Origin: Pecten maximus
Taxonomy: Eukaryota
Length of the DNA stretch: 64,000 nt
Direction: 5' to 3'
Assembly: GCF_902652985.1 (NCBI RefSeq)
Contig: NC_047015.1
Span: forward strand, 34,100,001 to 34,164,000
Of the stretch, positions 1 through 13,960 are shown in pieces. A program made the translations under genes and the position numbers. Position 1 is the first letter of the stretch, and the number at the start of each line of letters is the position of its first letter. Under the pieces are notes generated by a model. That model did no database searches. It had not been told where the DNA came from and worked only from the letters and a program-made list of their open reading frames with translations.

Positions 1-262
1 TTATTACATTTTTTATCAACGAAAAACCTACCCCTGTATGCTAACTAGGCCTACAGCGATAATTTGTAAACAAAAAAAGTAGTTCCCCCTGTCCAGGTGC
101 TGACATATATGTCGGGCTTTCTGATTGGTCAATTATTTTGGTATTTTCTAATCATTAATTTGATTGGTCAAATCAGCAAAAGTGATATTTTTCACTAGTG
201 AAAAATACCACTTTTATAGAATGAATAATTTTTTATATTTCACTGGTAAAAATGTAATAAAT
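1..262. repeat. Palindrome-rich interspersed repeat end (probable non-autonomous DNA element, truncated)
   Basis: Inverted ttattacatttt / aaaatgtaataa, internal palindrome tatttttcactagtgaaaaata, twin gattggtca. Confidence 0.4.
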
Positions 263-1989
263 AACCTTTCTTTTATTTTTATTTATATTTTTTTCACTGA
301 GTATACAGTAAAAGTGTAAAATACTCTACTTATGAATCTGATTTTGATGAATTTGTAAATGTCTGTAAAATGTCATTACGCTAAGTGTATATCAAATTAG
401 TTATCTTTATGGTTACCCTGAGATATATGTCATTTATTCATATATATACAGATTAAGCCTTGTCATAATTTTAAGGAAAAAAAATCTATAATAATTACAG
501 TTTAGTGATCATGAAGACACACAAACTTTTCTGTGTTAATGTTCTAATAATAAGAGTTAATGATATTGGTATAAATGTGTCAAAATGTACCAGTAAATTA
601 CTCTAATTAATGCATTCATAACAAAATACTACTTATTAGACCAATAGACATTTCTATTCATTTCTTTTATATAGATTAAGTTTCCAGTTATATAATCATT
701 AATAGTTTTCCCCATTCTTATATATATGTTATACTAGCAACATCAAAGATGTTTTTGTTATATTACGCAGGTGAAAAAACATAGAAAAAATAGTTGTGTT
801 TCAATTTTAGATTTTAGAAAAGAATATGAGTACAGATAAGTTAGGTAGGCGGACGTTTTCAATTTTCATAAACCATGTTTTCATGGTTTAATGGAATTAT
901 ACCTAGATTTGATCATTTTACCATTATTTAAAAATGCCAATTGTAAAAACCTTAATTATATAAGTTTGCATGCATGTATACTGTTTTTGGAAATGCAGCT
1001 ATTTTCAAGGTCTTATATGAATTTACAGTTTTTTGCTGCTTTATACAGAAGTAAGTGTAGTGACTGTAGTCCTGTTTTATATTCATCCCCGCCATTTGTC
1101 AGCTGATTTGTCAGCTGATTCGTGTTTCAATATGAAATTGAATCATTTATGCTTGACTTCCTCATGTATGTCCTGAAGTACAATGTTACCATATCATGTG
1201 TATGGTAAATGTGTGAAGTTTTTTGAAGGCCATTATTCAGAATGGTGTTTTGTATTAATTACAGCAGTAGCAACAGAAGCACTTGGACTGTGTTTACAAT
1301 TAATCATTGTCTTAATTGTGTAATTGTTTAACACAAAAAAAAATCAGTAGCCTGTCATATTGAAATTCATTCTGCTTAAGAGTAGGAATTAAGCCCAAGA
1401 GATGTTTAGACATGGTAACATCCATATTGAAAAATTTGTAGTGGTGGATACGTCTGCCATCCCTTACAAATGTGTAAAGAAAATATTTCAATAGCCTAGA
1501 GGCAAAGCATTCCTTTGTCAAACTATTGTTTGAGAATATGTATATATACTGTATACAAACTGAAAAGTGAAAATTAAATTATTTAACAGCAAAATCCAAA
1601 ATACCATATGATGGTCTATATTTTATCAATGACACAATGATTTGCCATTGAAAAAAAAAAGACTTTGGTTGCAGTTATTTGACCAAACACATGTCTCTAT
1701 ATTTCTGAAGGAAATTGACCTTTGTGTATATCCCTGTACTGCCGTTGATCCCTATCTGGACGATGAAGTATAACACTATTGCGAACAGTATCAATAGTAC
1801 ATTGGTTAATCTTTCAAAGGTTGCAGTCAATGCTGAAATGATGTTCACAATCGAAAAAGTTACTAAGGTTTTTTTTTCCAAATTAAAGACAACTATATAG
1901 GCCAGATGACTAACTTTTCCAATTGGTGCCTAGATTTTATGACTTGGTTGCCAAATAGACCACCTGGTAAAAATATCTATTTTGAGCCC

Positions 1990-2130
1990 TGAAATAAGCC
2001 GCGGCTTCAGAGAGTAAAACGTTTCTTCATTGGACAGTTCGCTTAAAGTAGGTGGCCCGGGGCTTCAAGGACACCATCTTGTTGTGCACGTCTAGTGTCC
2101 GGCTGTGTGCAGGAGCTCCTCACGTAAGGC
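1990..2130 (+). promoter_or_regulatory. Candidate promoter/first non-coding exon, possibly of the SOCS-box gene
   Basis: Local GC/CpG enrichment, ATTGG box at ~2029, donor-like CAC|GTAAGG at 2124. Linkage to the gene is unproven. Confidence 0.3.
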
Positions 2131-3699
2131 AAATTTGAACTTGCAGTATTTGCTTTAATTTACGATATCCGTGTGATTGTGTATACCGATGGTTGACTGG
2201 TAACTAGGAAGCTTTCAGGTTAGAAAAAAAACCAAATTCATTCAAAAACAAATTAGACCAAGATGAAGAATATTCCTGACTACAACCTCGCTTCGTCTTT
2301 AATAATTCAAATATGCATGCATGACAAACTTTTTATAACAACACAGTACCTAGGCCTAGCAGGCCCCTGCTAGATGTGATCATAGGGATTGTGCCAATGG
2401 ATGTGATTATTAATTGAAACTACACATAAACGCATATCAGCCCTGGCCGCGAGGTAAACCGCAAGTTTAGTTCAAGACAACACCAATGCCAATAAAGATC
2501 GTAGATTTAGTTGCGACAGTACTAGTACTAACCGTGGGCCTGATCATGATGGTACACAAACACACCGGGGGTAGCAGCAGTTCTACCTGCAATCTGAACT
2601 TGATCGCCCAAACGACAACAAGATATGCTGTCAATATTATTGTTACTCTGGATATTTCAAATCCCTATTTCTGTCGTTATTTTGATTAATGTGGACATGC
2701 GTGAATACAAAACCATGTGCCAAATTTTTGTTTCATTTCCCAGAGTGGTCAATATTTTAATTTGAACTCCGCCTACTTCAGGTATGGCCAGTCACTGCCC
2801 TCGAAACACGAGTAGGATGAGGATTACTGGTTGTGTCAGTACATTTAATATGATCAACACTTGTTCAGGTAGTGAAGTACTTTTGTCGTCCATAGATATA
2901 GGGTTCAATGGCGGTAAGTCTAGTGGTTTTGGGAAAGAATGTGCCTGCAGCTATATGTCATGACTGCATGTAAGGGAATCGAAGAGGCCACTGATTAATG
3001 TTATAGAGGACATTGAAGAGACTAGAATTGATCACATGTAACTGCTATCATTTTGCAACCCTTGGAAGATTTACCTTCTTAGCTATGTGCTCTTCATTGC
3101 TACCCTTGTGTTTTCTTCCATTTGGTGCTCACTACTAACATTCATCCTCATATGCCTCACTACCCATGGCCAGAACAAAAAAGGTCTGATTTACTTTTTA
3201 CATCTATAATTTCAACTTATTACATGATGTATAAATACATATTGATGAAAATGCAAGACAGATGCTTTTGACACTTAAGCTTGTAGCATAATTGATCCAT
3301 ATATGTTCCAGATCAATTGGTATATATATAGCATTCAAAACTGCCTTGAAATCCAAGGTTTCATACCTAGGAATGACAATTGATTCATCAAAGTGCTGAC
3401 AACATTCAAACTATAAAAAATGATATATGGTACTCTGTTTTCCTCCTACAGTAAGATCCCTTTCAAGCTTCCATCCAGGCCAACAACAGTGAAACAGTTT
3501 TGTAAAACAATTTATATACTAGCAGAAAAAAAGAACTTTATTTTTGATAGTTATTAATTTACATGATACTTTGATGATGTATTCATGGTGTGGGTTTCTC
3601 GAACTACTGAACACATTTTGATGATTTTTGTTGTCCTATCACAAACGTTGTTTCGAGTGAATACCGTTAAAACAAGGGTACCCTACGCCATTTCCTGAT

Positions 3700-4120
3700 C
3701 CAAATCAGTAGCATGTGAATTTGAATTTACTGTCCTTGAGGGATATTATTTAAGTTGATGGATAAGTGAAAGAACGTGTGGTCTCAAGACCTGATCCTGA
3801 TATCTTACTGCTATAAGATTACCATTGATAACCACGAGAGGTGTTTTAACGCATTGAGATATCCCTGCCCATACCATAACAGACCCTCCCTGATACACAC
3901 AAGTATCAGAATATTTCCATCTGACCTGTAAAGCATAGAGCAAGACTCGTCAGTGAACAACACGCATCTCCAATGGCCAAAATCAAAACGATTACGTGCA
4001 TGTGCAGGCAGCCAGTACATTCGACATTGATGTCGCCTCTGCGTAAGTGGTGGACCAACATAGGGACGTGGTCTTAAATGAAACTCCTGCAACCGTTTTC
4101 TATCTGTTCTTAGACACATA
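3700..4120 (-). pseudogene. Degenerate Tc1-family transposase fragment
   Basis: Two frameshifted pieces, RPYVGPPLT...WRCVLFTDES and GGSVMVWAGIS...TPLVVINGNLIAVRYQDQVLRPHV, are Tc1 DDE-domain signatures. Confidence 0.85.
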
Positions 4121-4243
4121 TTTTTACCTGGTAATAGTATATTTACAAAGATTGTCTAGGCCTAGCAGTTTGAACCAAACTTGAGGTGAATATTGTTTTG
4201 TTTGGCAATTTGGTCATTCTTTCTTTAAATTCTGCCAGTATGA

Positions 4244-5690
4244 TTTTAAGCTCACCTGGCCCAAAGGGCTGATGAGCTTATGCCATGGTGCAGCGTCCGT
4301 CGCCTGTTGTCCATTGTCCATTGTCCATCTGTCTGTCAACTTTCCTTTAAATTCCTACTAGACCTGAATGCTTGAATGGATTTTGACGAAATTTGGTCTG
4401 GAGTGTTATTTGGTGAAGATGATCAATCATTATATAAACTGAGGATGTAGCTCCCCTGGAGTAGGAGGGAAGGGGCGCAATAGGGGAAATTGAGGTAAAT
4501 CCTTTAAATGGTTTCTTGTCCAGGACATTTTGGTCTGGAGCATTTTTAGGCAAATGTGATCAAACATTGTAGAAACAGAGGGTGTGGCTCTCCTGGGGCT
4601 GTAGGGGCAGGGCCCAATAGGGGAAATTGAGGTTAATTATTTAAATCCCTACTTGTCCTGAATGCCTGAATGGATCATGATGAAATTTGGTCTGGAACAT
4701 ATTATAACATTATTGGGCAAAGGAAATCAAAAGTTGTAGAATTGTGGAAATTGAGGTAAATCCTCTAAATCCCAACTAGTCTAAACACCTGATTCAATTT
4801 TGGTGAAATTCGGTCTGGAGCATGATTGGGCAAAGGAAATCCAACAATGTATAATTAACGTAGAATGTGGCTTCCTTGGGGCCAAAGGAACACTTGAATG
4901 GATTTTGGTGAAATTTGGTCAAGAGCATTATTAGGCAAATGTGATCTAAAGTTGTATAAATGGAAGTGTGCACGTGGCTACCCTAGGGCCAGAGGGGTTG
5001 GGCCAACTAGGGAAAATAGAAGTAAATCCTTTAAATCCCTTCTAGTCCTGAACACTTAAATAGATTTTGGTGAAATTTGGTCTGGAGCATCATTAGGCAA
5101 AGGAGACCTAAAATTTTATAAATGGAGGTGTGGCTCCCCTAGGGCCAGATCTAGGGGTTGGGCCAAATAGGGAAAATAGACTTTAAATCCCTTCCAGTTC
5201 TGAACACTTACCTGGTAAATGGATTTTGATGAAATTTGGTCTGGAGCATTATTAGGTAATTATAAAAGTGACCTAAAGTTTTATAAATGGAGGTGTGGCT
5301 CCCCTAGGGCCAGAGGGATTTGGCCAAATAGGAGGAATATTTTTTAACTCCCTACTAGTCTTGAACAACTGAATGCATTTTGATGAAATTTGGTTTAGAA
5401 CATTATTGGCTGAAGGAGATCTAATGTTTTAGTAACAAAGGATGTTGCACTCTTGGGATGGGAGAAAGAGGGCTGCCCAATAGGGAAATACAGCAAAAAA
5501 AACAACTTTTTTAAGAATGACAGGATTTGGTCCACCTGTAGTTTGAACTATTGTTGGAGAGGCAGTTAAAAAGTAGGAAAATATTTGAAATACCTGGTAT
5601 AACTTAAATTAGAGTATTTTGGCATTATTACTGGAATATCCAGGTAAGCATTGCAGGTCCTACTCCAACCCTAACCCATGAGCCTCTTGT
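4244..5690 (+). mobile_element. Helentron-type non-autonomous element (HINE-like) with ~150-bp internal tandem repeats
   Basis: T-run start, sub-terminal IR gctcacctgg (4250) / ccaggtaagc (5640), gtcc-like microsatellite, ~8 diverged core repeats (gaaatttggtctggagcat), 3' end gcctcttgt. Confidence 0.7.
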
Positions 5691-6579
5691 ATTTAACTTA
5701 AAGCCCTGACTTATTAGAAATAGTGGTAAATTTTGGCGTTTTAAAATCTAAAATGGCCATGACTGCCCTGGAGGAGACAATGACAATTTTACAAGTTTCA
5801 CAAGACAGATCCACGCTTGACCATGTTTTTCTGATTGACTGGTTGACAAATTTAATGGACATGATTTTATCATCAAAGCTGGCTATTCAGAACTTTTAGA
5901 CATTGAATTGAACTGATGGCTGCTTTTAATACCTTTTCAATGCCCTTGAAGTCTTTTCAAGATGGCTGTAAAATACGTATACTTGACCCCTGGATTAGTT
6001 TATCCTCCAGTCTTAAGTTATTTTATTATTGTATACACTGTTTCTATGGATGAATATTATTACAATGATTTGATATATGAAATGCTCAAAGAAAATTTCT
6101 TATTTTTTTTGTTTTGAAGTTTTGTTTGGAGGTAATTTACAGAAGTTGAATCGGATATGAATGTAAATTGTAAAAAAATCTCCAAAGAAATTCAGGAAAT
6201 ATATTAATACAAAAAATGCTAATGCATTTTGTATGTGTTAAGATTACAGGACATGTTCATAAAATCATTCAGCATGTGCTAAAGATCTAAAAGATCAGGA
6301 ACTAGCTTAGATTGCACTTCATCTGCGGAGTGTTATCTTTTATATCATGACATATGGTATGTGTATGTAAAGACAGGAATAGTAGAACATTCAAAGGTTT
6401 ACCCTGAAGTTTAAAGGTAGATAAATCAATTTGTTGGGAGACTACATGTCTGAATAATATTCCAAATGGCTGTGGGAATCAGGTACAGGAGGGGATACAT
6501 AAATGTGTAGATTTTTAAAAATAACATCTCACATCCGATTGAGACCTCTGACAGAATCGTGTTGCTGGTGAGTGAACTG

Positions 6580-7235
6580 TTTATTATAGATATTCTGTGG
6601 AATCATTGTAAGTTTAGTAGTAAGCTGTAGTTTATTATAGATATTCTGTGTAATCATTGTAAGTTTAGTAGTAAACTGTAGTTTATTATAGATATTCTGT
6701 GGAAACATTATAAGTTTAGTAGTAAGCTGTAGTTTATTATAGATATTCTGTGAAATCATTGTAAGTTTAGTAGTAAGCTGTAGTTTATTATAGATATTCT
6801 GTGAAATCATTGTAAGTTTAGTAGTAAGCTGTAGTTTATTATAGATATTCTGTGTAATCATTGTAAGTTTAGTAGTAAGCTGTAGTTTATTATAGATATT
6901 CTGTGTAATCATTGTAAGTTTAGTAGTAAGCTGTAGTTTATTATAGATATTCTGTGTAATCATTGTAAGTTTAGTAGTAAGCTGTAGTTTATTATAGATA
7001 TTCTGTGTAATCATTGTAAGTTTAGTAGTAAGCTGTAGTTTATTATAGATATTCTGTGAAATCATTGTAAGCTTAGCAGTAAGCTGTAGTTTATTATAGA
7101 TATTCTGTGTAATCATTGTAAGTTTAGTAGTAAGCTGTAGTTTATTATAGATATTCTGTGAAATCATTGTAAGCTTAGCAGTAAGCTGTAGTTTATTATA
7201 GATATTCTGTGGAATCATTGTAAGTTTAGTAGTAA
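6580..7235. repeat. 51-bp minisatellite, ~12.5 copies
   Basis: Unit tttattatagatattctgtgtaatcattgtaagtttagtagtaagctgtag; explains ORF 6529-7218. Confidence 0.97.
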
Positions 7236-7394
7236 TTATATATAAGCTTTAGCTGAGGTTTGGTCAGGTATTGTGTGCAATAAGGTCATCTAATTATAAG
7301 GATGGTGCTGATGCGTATAGGGCCAATTTATATAGTATCGTTTCACCAGAATGTCACAGGCACATTGGTATGACATCTTTCCCTGTCCTTTATT

Positions 7395-8455
7395 CTGACA
7401 TTGGAATGTCATGTCACAGCTACATTGGCTTATCATCCCCAGTCGATTAGACTGACACTGGAATGTCATGTCACAGCTACATTGGCTTAGCATCCCCAGT
7501 CGATTAGACTGACATTGGAATGTCATGTCACAGCTACATTGGCTTATCACCCCCAGTCGATTAGACTGACACTGGAATGTCATGTCACAGCTACATTGGC
7601 TTATCATCCCTAGTCGATTAGACTGACACTGGAATGTCATGTCACAGCTACATTGGCTTATCACCCCCAGTCGATTAGACTGACACTGGAATGTCATGTC
7701 ACAGCTACATTGGCTTATCATCCCTAGTCGATTAGACTGACACTGGAATGTCATGTCACAGCTACATTGGCTTAGCATCCCCAGTCGATTATACTGACAT
7801 TGGAATGTCATGTCACAGCTACTTTGGCTTAGCATACCCAGTCGATTATACTGACATTGGAATGTCATGTCACAGCTACATTGGCTTAGCATCCCCAGTC
7901 GATTATACTGACATTGGAATGTCATGTCACAGCTACATTGGCTTAGCATCCCCAGTCGATTAGACTGACACTGGAATGTCATGTCACAGCTTCATTGGCT
8001 TTGCATTCCCAGTCAATTAGACTGACACTGGAATGTCATGTCACAGCTACTTTGGCTTTGCATTCCCAGTCAATTAGACTGACATTGGAATGTCATGTCA
8101 CAGCTACATTGGCTTAGCATCCCCAGTCGATTAGACTGACATTGGAATGTCATGTCACAGCTACATTGGCTTAGCATCCCCAGTCGATTATACTGACATT
8201 GGAATGTCATGTCACAGCTACATTGGCTTAGCATCCCCAGTCGATTAGACTGACACTGGAATGTCATGTCACAGCTACTTTGGCTTTGCATTCCCAGTCA
8301 ATTAGACTGACATTGGAATGTCATGTCACAGCTACATTGGCTTAGCATCCCCAGTCGATTATACTGACACTGGAATGTCATGTCATAGGCACATTGGCTT
8401 GGCATCCCCAGTCGATTAGACTGACACTGGAATGTCATGTCATAGGCACATTGGA
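7395..8455. repeat. 57-bp minisatellite, ~18 copies
   Basis: Unit ctgacactggaatgtcatgtcacagctacattggcttagcatccccagtcgattaga. Confidence 0.97.
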
Positions 8456-9379
8456 ACGACATCTGTCTCTGTCCATTATGCTTGTACCAGAATTGGGGAG
8501 TTACATTTGCTTGTGTATCAGTCAGGGAAAAGTTAGGAAAAAATTTAACAAATTCAAACTCTTCTTCACAATAAAATAAAACCACCTTTGATTTGTTTAA
8601 GCGATGAAATGAAATGTAGTATCATTTAAAAAAAATTCAATTCAATTTATTTCTGTAAATTTTACAACTTATTAGATCATTTGAAATAAAACCGCTGTTG
8701 TTTGTGTGAGGATACCATTTTATCACAATTTACATTCAGTCTGCCTTAAGCTTCAATAAACAAAAGATCGCATACAGAGATTTCTACAAACAGAATTTGC
8801 AATCTTCTCTCAACACTGCAGGAGAAACTTGATAATGATTTACATAGAAGCTTTTGTTTGTTGCGGCCACCAGACAAAATTAGTTTTATGATCAAAAAGT
8901 GTATTATATGATGGACTGAAGTTTTTTAGACATTTTGTGAACGAACAAACATAACATTTTAAGTGTGCAGTTTCATAACAGTGCTCCCTCTATAAGAAAA
9001 TAAAATGTACGGAGATATTATGATAGCTTTCTCTTGTCACACACGCTTTGTTTAGATATTGATTTTGATATTTGCGGGGTCCTATATATAAGCTGCCTGA
9101 TATGACATAACCGGATATGACCAGATATTATGTGTCCTAAACAGCAATAAATTCATAGCTGACACAGGTATATGATGAGATCCAGCGGGAATGTGATTTT
9201 GTTTTAATCAAGACTGTCTATCAGTCAGATGGGGATAGAATTTACTGCTTATACATACAGTGTTGATAACCAAGGTAAATTTATGTCCTATGCTCCATCA
9301 TTGATAGTAATCATAGAAAAGTGAGAGTGATGTTATATACTCCACAGTGAATTACTGCCATATTTGCATATGGTGCTAA

Positions 9380-9672
9380 AGTAAATTTACAACCTTAGAT
9401 GCATAGAATTTTTGTTTACCTATAATTGAAAATCTAAAACTGAAAATGTTTGTCAAATCAATAAAATTGTTAATGAGTGTACCGCATTGATGTGCATGTG
9501 ACCTTAAAAAAATGTTCATGCATAATATTAGCATTCTGTCATAAGTGAATGACAAAATTTTTAAGAAATCAAAATTTGTAACTGAAAGAAAGATAGACAG
9601 ACCGGTGGAGGAAAGCGATGAGCAAAAGGCAACATTGTTTGTGACCACTATGTGGGAGGGGCATAGAAAAGA
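9380..9672 (-). mobile_element. Degenerate HINE-like fragment
   Basis: Reverse-strand tttctatgcccctcccac start followed by gtctgtct-like sequence. Confidence 0.35.
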
Positions 9673-10301
9673 TAGTTTTATTCTAGATATTTAAATGATT
9701 CACCAATATGTTAACAAGTTGAAGGCAAATTTACTAATAAAAAAAGGTAATTATGATAGATTGTGTGAGTCATCTTTCATCAAATGTACTTTCTGATGGA
9801 AATGCCCTCTATTGTGAATTATCACCTTTTACCTGTACTAACAGTATACACCTGGTGGGTTGGTCTCAGTATCTGCTAGATCATATGGAAGTTGACATTT
9901 CTTGTCCGTCCTTCATGTTTTATGTGGAGATGAAAGACATTTCACAACCTAATTATCATTTCTATGTATTTGAAATGATTGTAATGTTTTTATCAATCCT
10001 TATTGTCCCGTTGCTTGTGTCTAATTCCATGCTGACACTGTAGATTTTTTGTTCTAGATACAATACACTTATAGTTATATACTGTATCTATTATTGGTCT
10101 TTTTGTACCTGGAGAGTTTTTATTATCCAAAAATTATGAAGAGACTTTTTTCGAAAAATTCAGATTGCCAAAAAATTATCAGTTATTGGAAAATATGGTA
10201 AGTGTCATAAGGATTGGAATCTACATAACTTAACAACTGAGTGTGTTTTCGTAGAGAAAGCTTTTCCCAGACAACCTATTTGAACTTCAAGGTGGATGGA
10301 A

Positions 10302-10995
10302 TTTTTAGGTCATCTGACCCGTAGGGTCAGGAGGACCTATAGCAATCATGCTTTGTCCGTCGTCATCCGCCATACACAGTATGATGTGTGCCGTGGACCA
10401 TACAACATCCTTAAACTTTTCACATATCAAACCTTTTCTCCAATTCCACCTGTGGCGTTCAGTTCAAACTTGCCTGATATGATGATCCTTATAGATGGTC
10501 CTGACTAAGTGTTATTATTTTTCGGGTAGGTCCGAAATCCGAGATGGCTGTCATGTTGAAAAAGAACACTTGACACTGCAGCCATGGAGATAATTTTTCA
10601 ATTGTGGTTTTCTTATTTTAAACATCTTCTCATGTTCTATCAGTGGGATTTAGCTTAAACTTGACTGAAATGGTCCTAAAATGGTCCTGACCAAGAGTCG
10701 GGTTGGTCTAAAATCCAAGATGGCTGCCATGGTCACCATATTGAAAAACACATTTAGACTTCTCAAGTTCCACCAGTGGGATTCAGTTCAAACTTGCTTG
10801 AAGTGATTCTGAGATGGTCTTGGCCAATGCAAGTTATTTTTCAGGTTGGTAATTATAATATATAAGAAGTCCAAGACAGCTGCCATTGCCAACATATACA
10901 GCATTGCACAATTGTTCTCAGTAATTTACTGCTGTGGAGTATGTATGTATACTACAATAGTACTTGAGTCTTTAAAGTCAGATGACTGTTAAGTC
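10302..10995 (+). mobile_element. HINE-like non-autonomous element
   Basis: tttttaggtcatctgac start with inverted gtcagatgac at 10977-10986, short hairpin tgaccc-gta-gggtca, internal diverged repeats containing tccaagatggc. Confidence 0.65.
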
Positions 10996-11347
10996 TAAAT
11001 AAAATACATTGCAGATAATTATTACTTATTTACTGTATGATGGCACTGAACAGAGACATCTAACAGGTACATCTGGTAACAGATACATTTATATGTAAAT
11101 CTTCATAATAAATATGATCATATGGATTGTTACTTTCACTTTCAACAAACCATGTTACTTTCAGTATTATTTACACTACAGTATAGTGCTATTAGATATG
11201 TGGTATATTAATTTTAAGTAGCTATATAGGACTAATTAATAATAAATGTACACTCCTCACTCACACACACCTTCCTTTTATCTGACCTTTAGTGAGAGAC
11301 AAGGAGGATTGATGAGGAGAATTCGTTGTTACAAATACACTTTAATA

Positions 11348-12935
11348 TTTAGGTCATCTGACCCAAAGGGTAAAATGAGGCTGTTTGACCCGATCGCGAT
11401 AGGACAGAGGAATGGGGCCGCAAAACCAAAAGGGGAACTTATATAATTAGCTGAAATTTTGCTTTAAAATACTATTCTTCCTTAATACCAGAGTGGATTA
11501 CAACAAAAGTTGTTCAGAAATATTATTTGGGGAGAGTAGTTCTAATTTTTATAAATGAGGCAGATTTGACCCCAAGGGACAGGGGGAGTGCACCTAAAGG
11601 GGAACTTAAATTACTACAGTGGAACTTCGTTAACTCGAAGTCGACGGGACCACGAAAAAACTTCGAGTTGTCCGAGTGTTCGAATTAAGCGAGTTATCGT
11701 TTTTGGTGAAAAGTTTGGTCAATATTTGTCAACATTATGTAATCATTATAACTTCGCTCTGTCGCTCATCAGTTTAGTGTGAAGACTGGTCAATACATGT
11801 AAATATATATGTAATGTTTCGTTATGTCACTTGTAATTTGGTGTAGTTTTGCCGATATACAGTCACGATAAAGTTTCTTTCACTTAGTCACTTCAATAAC
11901 GATCTGATGTGCAAGTCATGTTTGCAAAAGGTAAACGATAAAACGGAATTCGACAAAATAACAAGTTATTAATGTCAAAACAAATAACCGTTTAAGTTTA
12001 ACACAGATTGCATACAAAACGTAACAGAACCATTACCTTTTATTGGACATATATAAAATACTGTTTGATCGGCCTACTTACTTTTTATTGATAACAACGC
12101 CATTTCCATGTGTATTAACACCGGAAGTTGGGCTGCGCATGTGCGTATAAAATGTTCTGTAACTGAGTTGGCGTTTTATCCGATTTAATAGACAGCACTG
12201 ACCGTTACAGTTGTACTCTGAACACCTCGGCAGTAATTACGCTATTGTTTCAGCAGTTTAAAGATTTAATGACTGTGTCATTTCTACATCTGTAAAAACA
12301 TCAGCCGGGTAGCTCTACCGGTGTGTCAGAGATTAGTTCCGCTTCAGCGAACGGGTAGATGAGTTGTTGACTATCGTGTGTACTGATATCGGCGACCGCC
12401 TTGGGAAATTACCTGATGTAAGTAAAGCAGTACTTTTTATCACCAAGACTTGTTGTTATAAGATTCAACCGACAATTTCTTTTATGAATTTATGAAACAC
12501 TTATAATAGCATGTAGGTTTGTAGTGCCGATATGTTCAGTATTACAAACGGAATTTAGCTCTTAAAAAATGTCGGCGTTTGCCACCGATCGACGAAAATT
12601 ATACTTCGAGTTATTCGAACATTTCAAGTAGGATTTTCATTGTTGGGACCAAATTTTTACTTCGTATTATCCGAGTTTTTCGAGTTATCCGAATTCGAAT
12701 TATCCGAGTTTTTTTTACTAAGATAAAGAGAGAATTCGGCCGGGACCGGCGAGGTACTTCGAGTTAAGCGGGGTATTCGAGTTATCCGAGTTCGAGTTAA
12801 CGAAGTTCCACTGTAATTGGATTATACAAACAAAAATTTATCCTGAAACATGATTGAAGGGCAATCATATTTTATATAACTCAAGCTAGTTTGAACCCTA
12901 GGGACAGAGAGATTTCAAAGGGAAATTACTTAATT
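11348..12935 (+). mobile_element. HINE-like element interrupted by a MITE
   Basis: Same tttaggtcatctgaccc start as 10302. The core repeat (ggggaactt...tggatta...) resumes after 12815. Confidence 0.5.
11617..12813. mobile_element. Non-autonomous Tc1/pogo-type DNA transposon (MITE), 1197 bp
   Basis: Perfect 23-bp TIRs CAGTGGAACTTCGTTAACTCGAA / TTCGAGTTAACGAAGTTCCACTG, TA on both sides, sub-terminal ttcgagtt repeats, CpG-rich, no transposase ORF. Confidence 0.93.
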
Positions 12936-13759
12936 AGCTGTTTCATCTAAATTTGGAATGAAATTGAAATAGGGGCACTGCGGCCAGTCATGATCACTTT
13001 TGAAATAATTAACGTTAGTTTGACCTAGGGTCAAAGACGTGGATCCCACAATGGAATGATTTTTATACGACAAGTAGTTAACCACTGATGACCAACTATA
13101 TATATATACTGTATTCAAAAACAGATTCTTTACTGAAAGTGGTATGTGTATGAAAGTTACTCCCTGCAGTACAGGTAAGTCAAAGTATGTAGTAAGTTGA
13201 CCTTTAAGCTTCTTCACAATAAAATAAAAGGCCTGTGGGCTTGTTTTGAGTCTTACCCTTGAGAGCTGGATGGATATGGAAAAGAGTGCGATTTTACATG
13301 TGATTAAACTAATGAAAATCATGTGCTTTAACAGGTCCTTTGATTTTCCTTGTTATTCCATGTTTGACAAACATTTTAATCAACACTGGTGACTGATTAT
13401 CCTGCTGACGTTCCATTACCTAATTAATTTGTAACGGTTGACGTCCTGTAGCTGCTATGATTGTCTAATCCTAAAGGACACCAGGTTAACTGATATTGAT
13501 GTAATACATTGTGAATGCTCCTATAATCATTAGCCTGTTTGAAATGAACTAATCAATAATTTTGTGATCCAGTGGGTAGGCTTGATTTATACATATTTCA
13601 GATATATTTATGTGTTGTTCACTAGAAAGTATGAAAATGTAGGCTATTGTTTTGAATCTCATGCATATATCATCATGTGAAGACAATATTGTGTGTTATC
13701 TTCAAAGCGGTGATCTTCCCAAGCAAGGGAGATTTTGGGTATTTCCCCAGAGCAAGATA

Positions 13760-13960
13760 TACCAATTGGCACTTTCTGTTGGATAAAAAATTTAGTTTGC
13801 CCATTGTCAATATATTGTGTGTAGTGTCATGTTATTGTGTCCGGGGAAGGCATTTCAGTGCGGCAGCACTATGAATTGGTCTTTGATCTGTAATTGTGAC
13901 CCTATCACATGTGGACACCATCTGCATATGACCTTAGCTGCTGCAATGGCAAAAACAAGG
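13760..13960 (+). mobile_element. Degenerate SINE fragment (Deu/Nin-domain-like core and tail)
   Basis: tttcagtgcggcagcactat...catatgaccttagctg resembles mollusc SINE core/tail from memory; not aligned. Confidence 0.4.

Noticed and set aside
6529-7218. 229-aa ORF as a gene
   Set aside because: Entirely a 51-bp tandem repeat with no domain or gene context.
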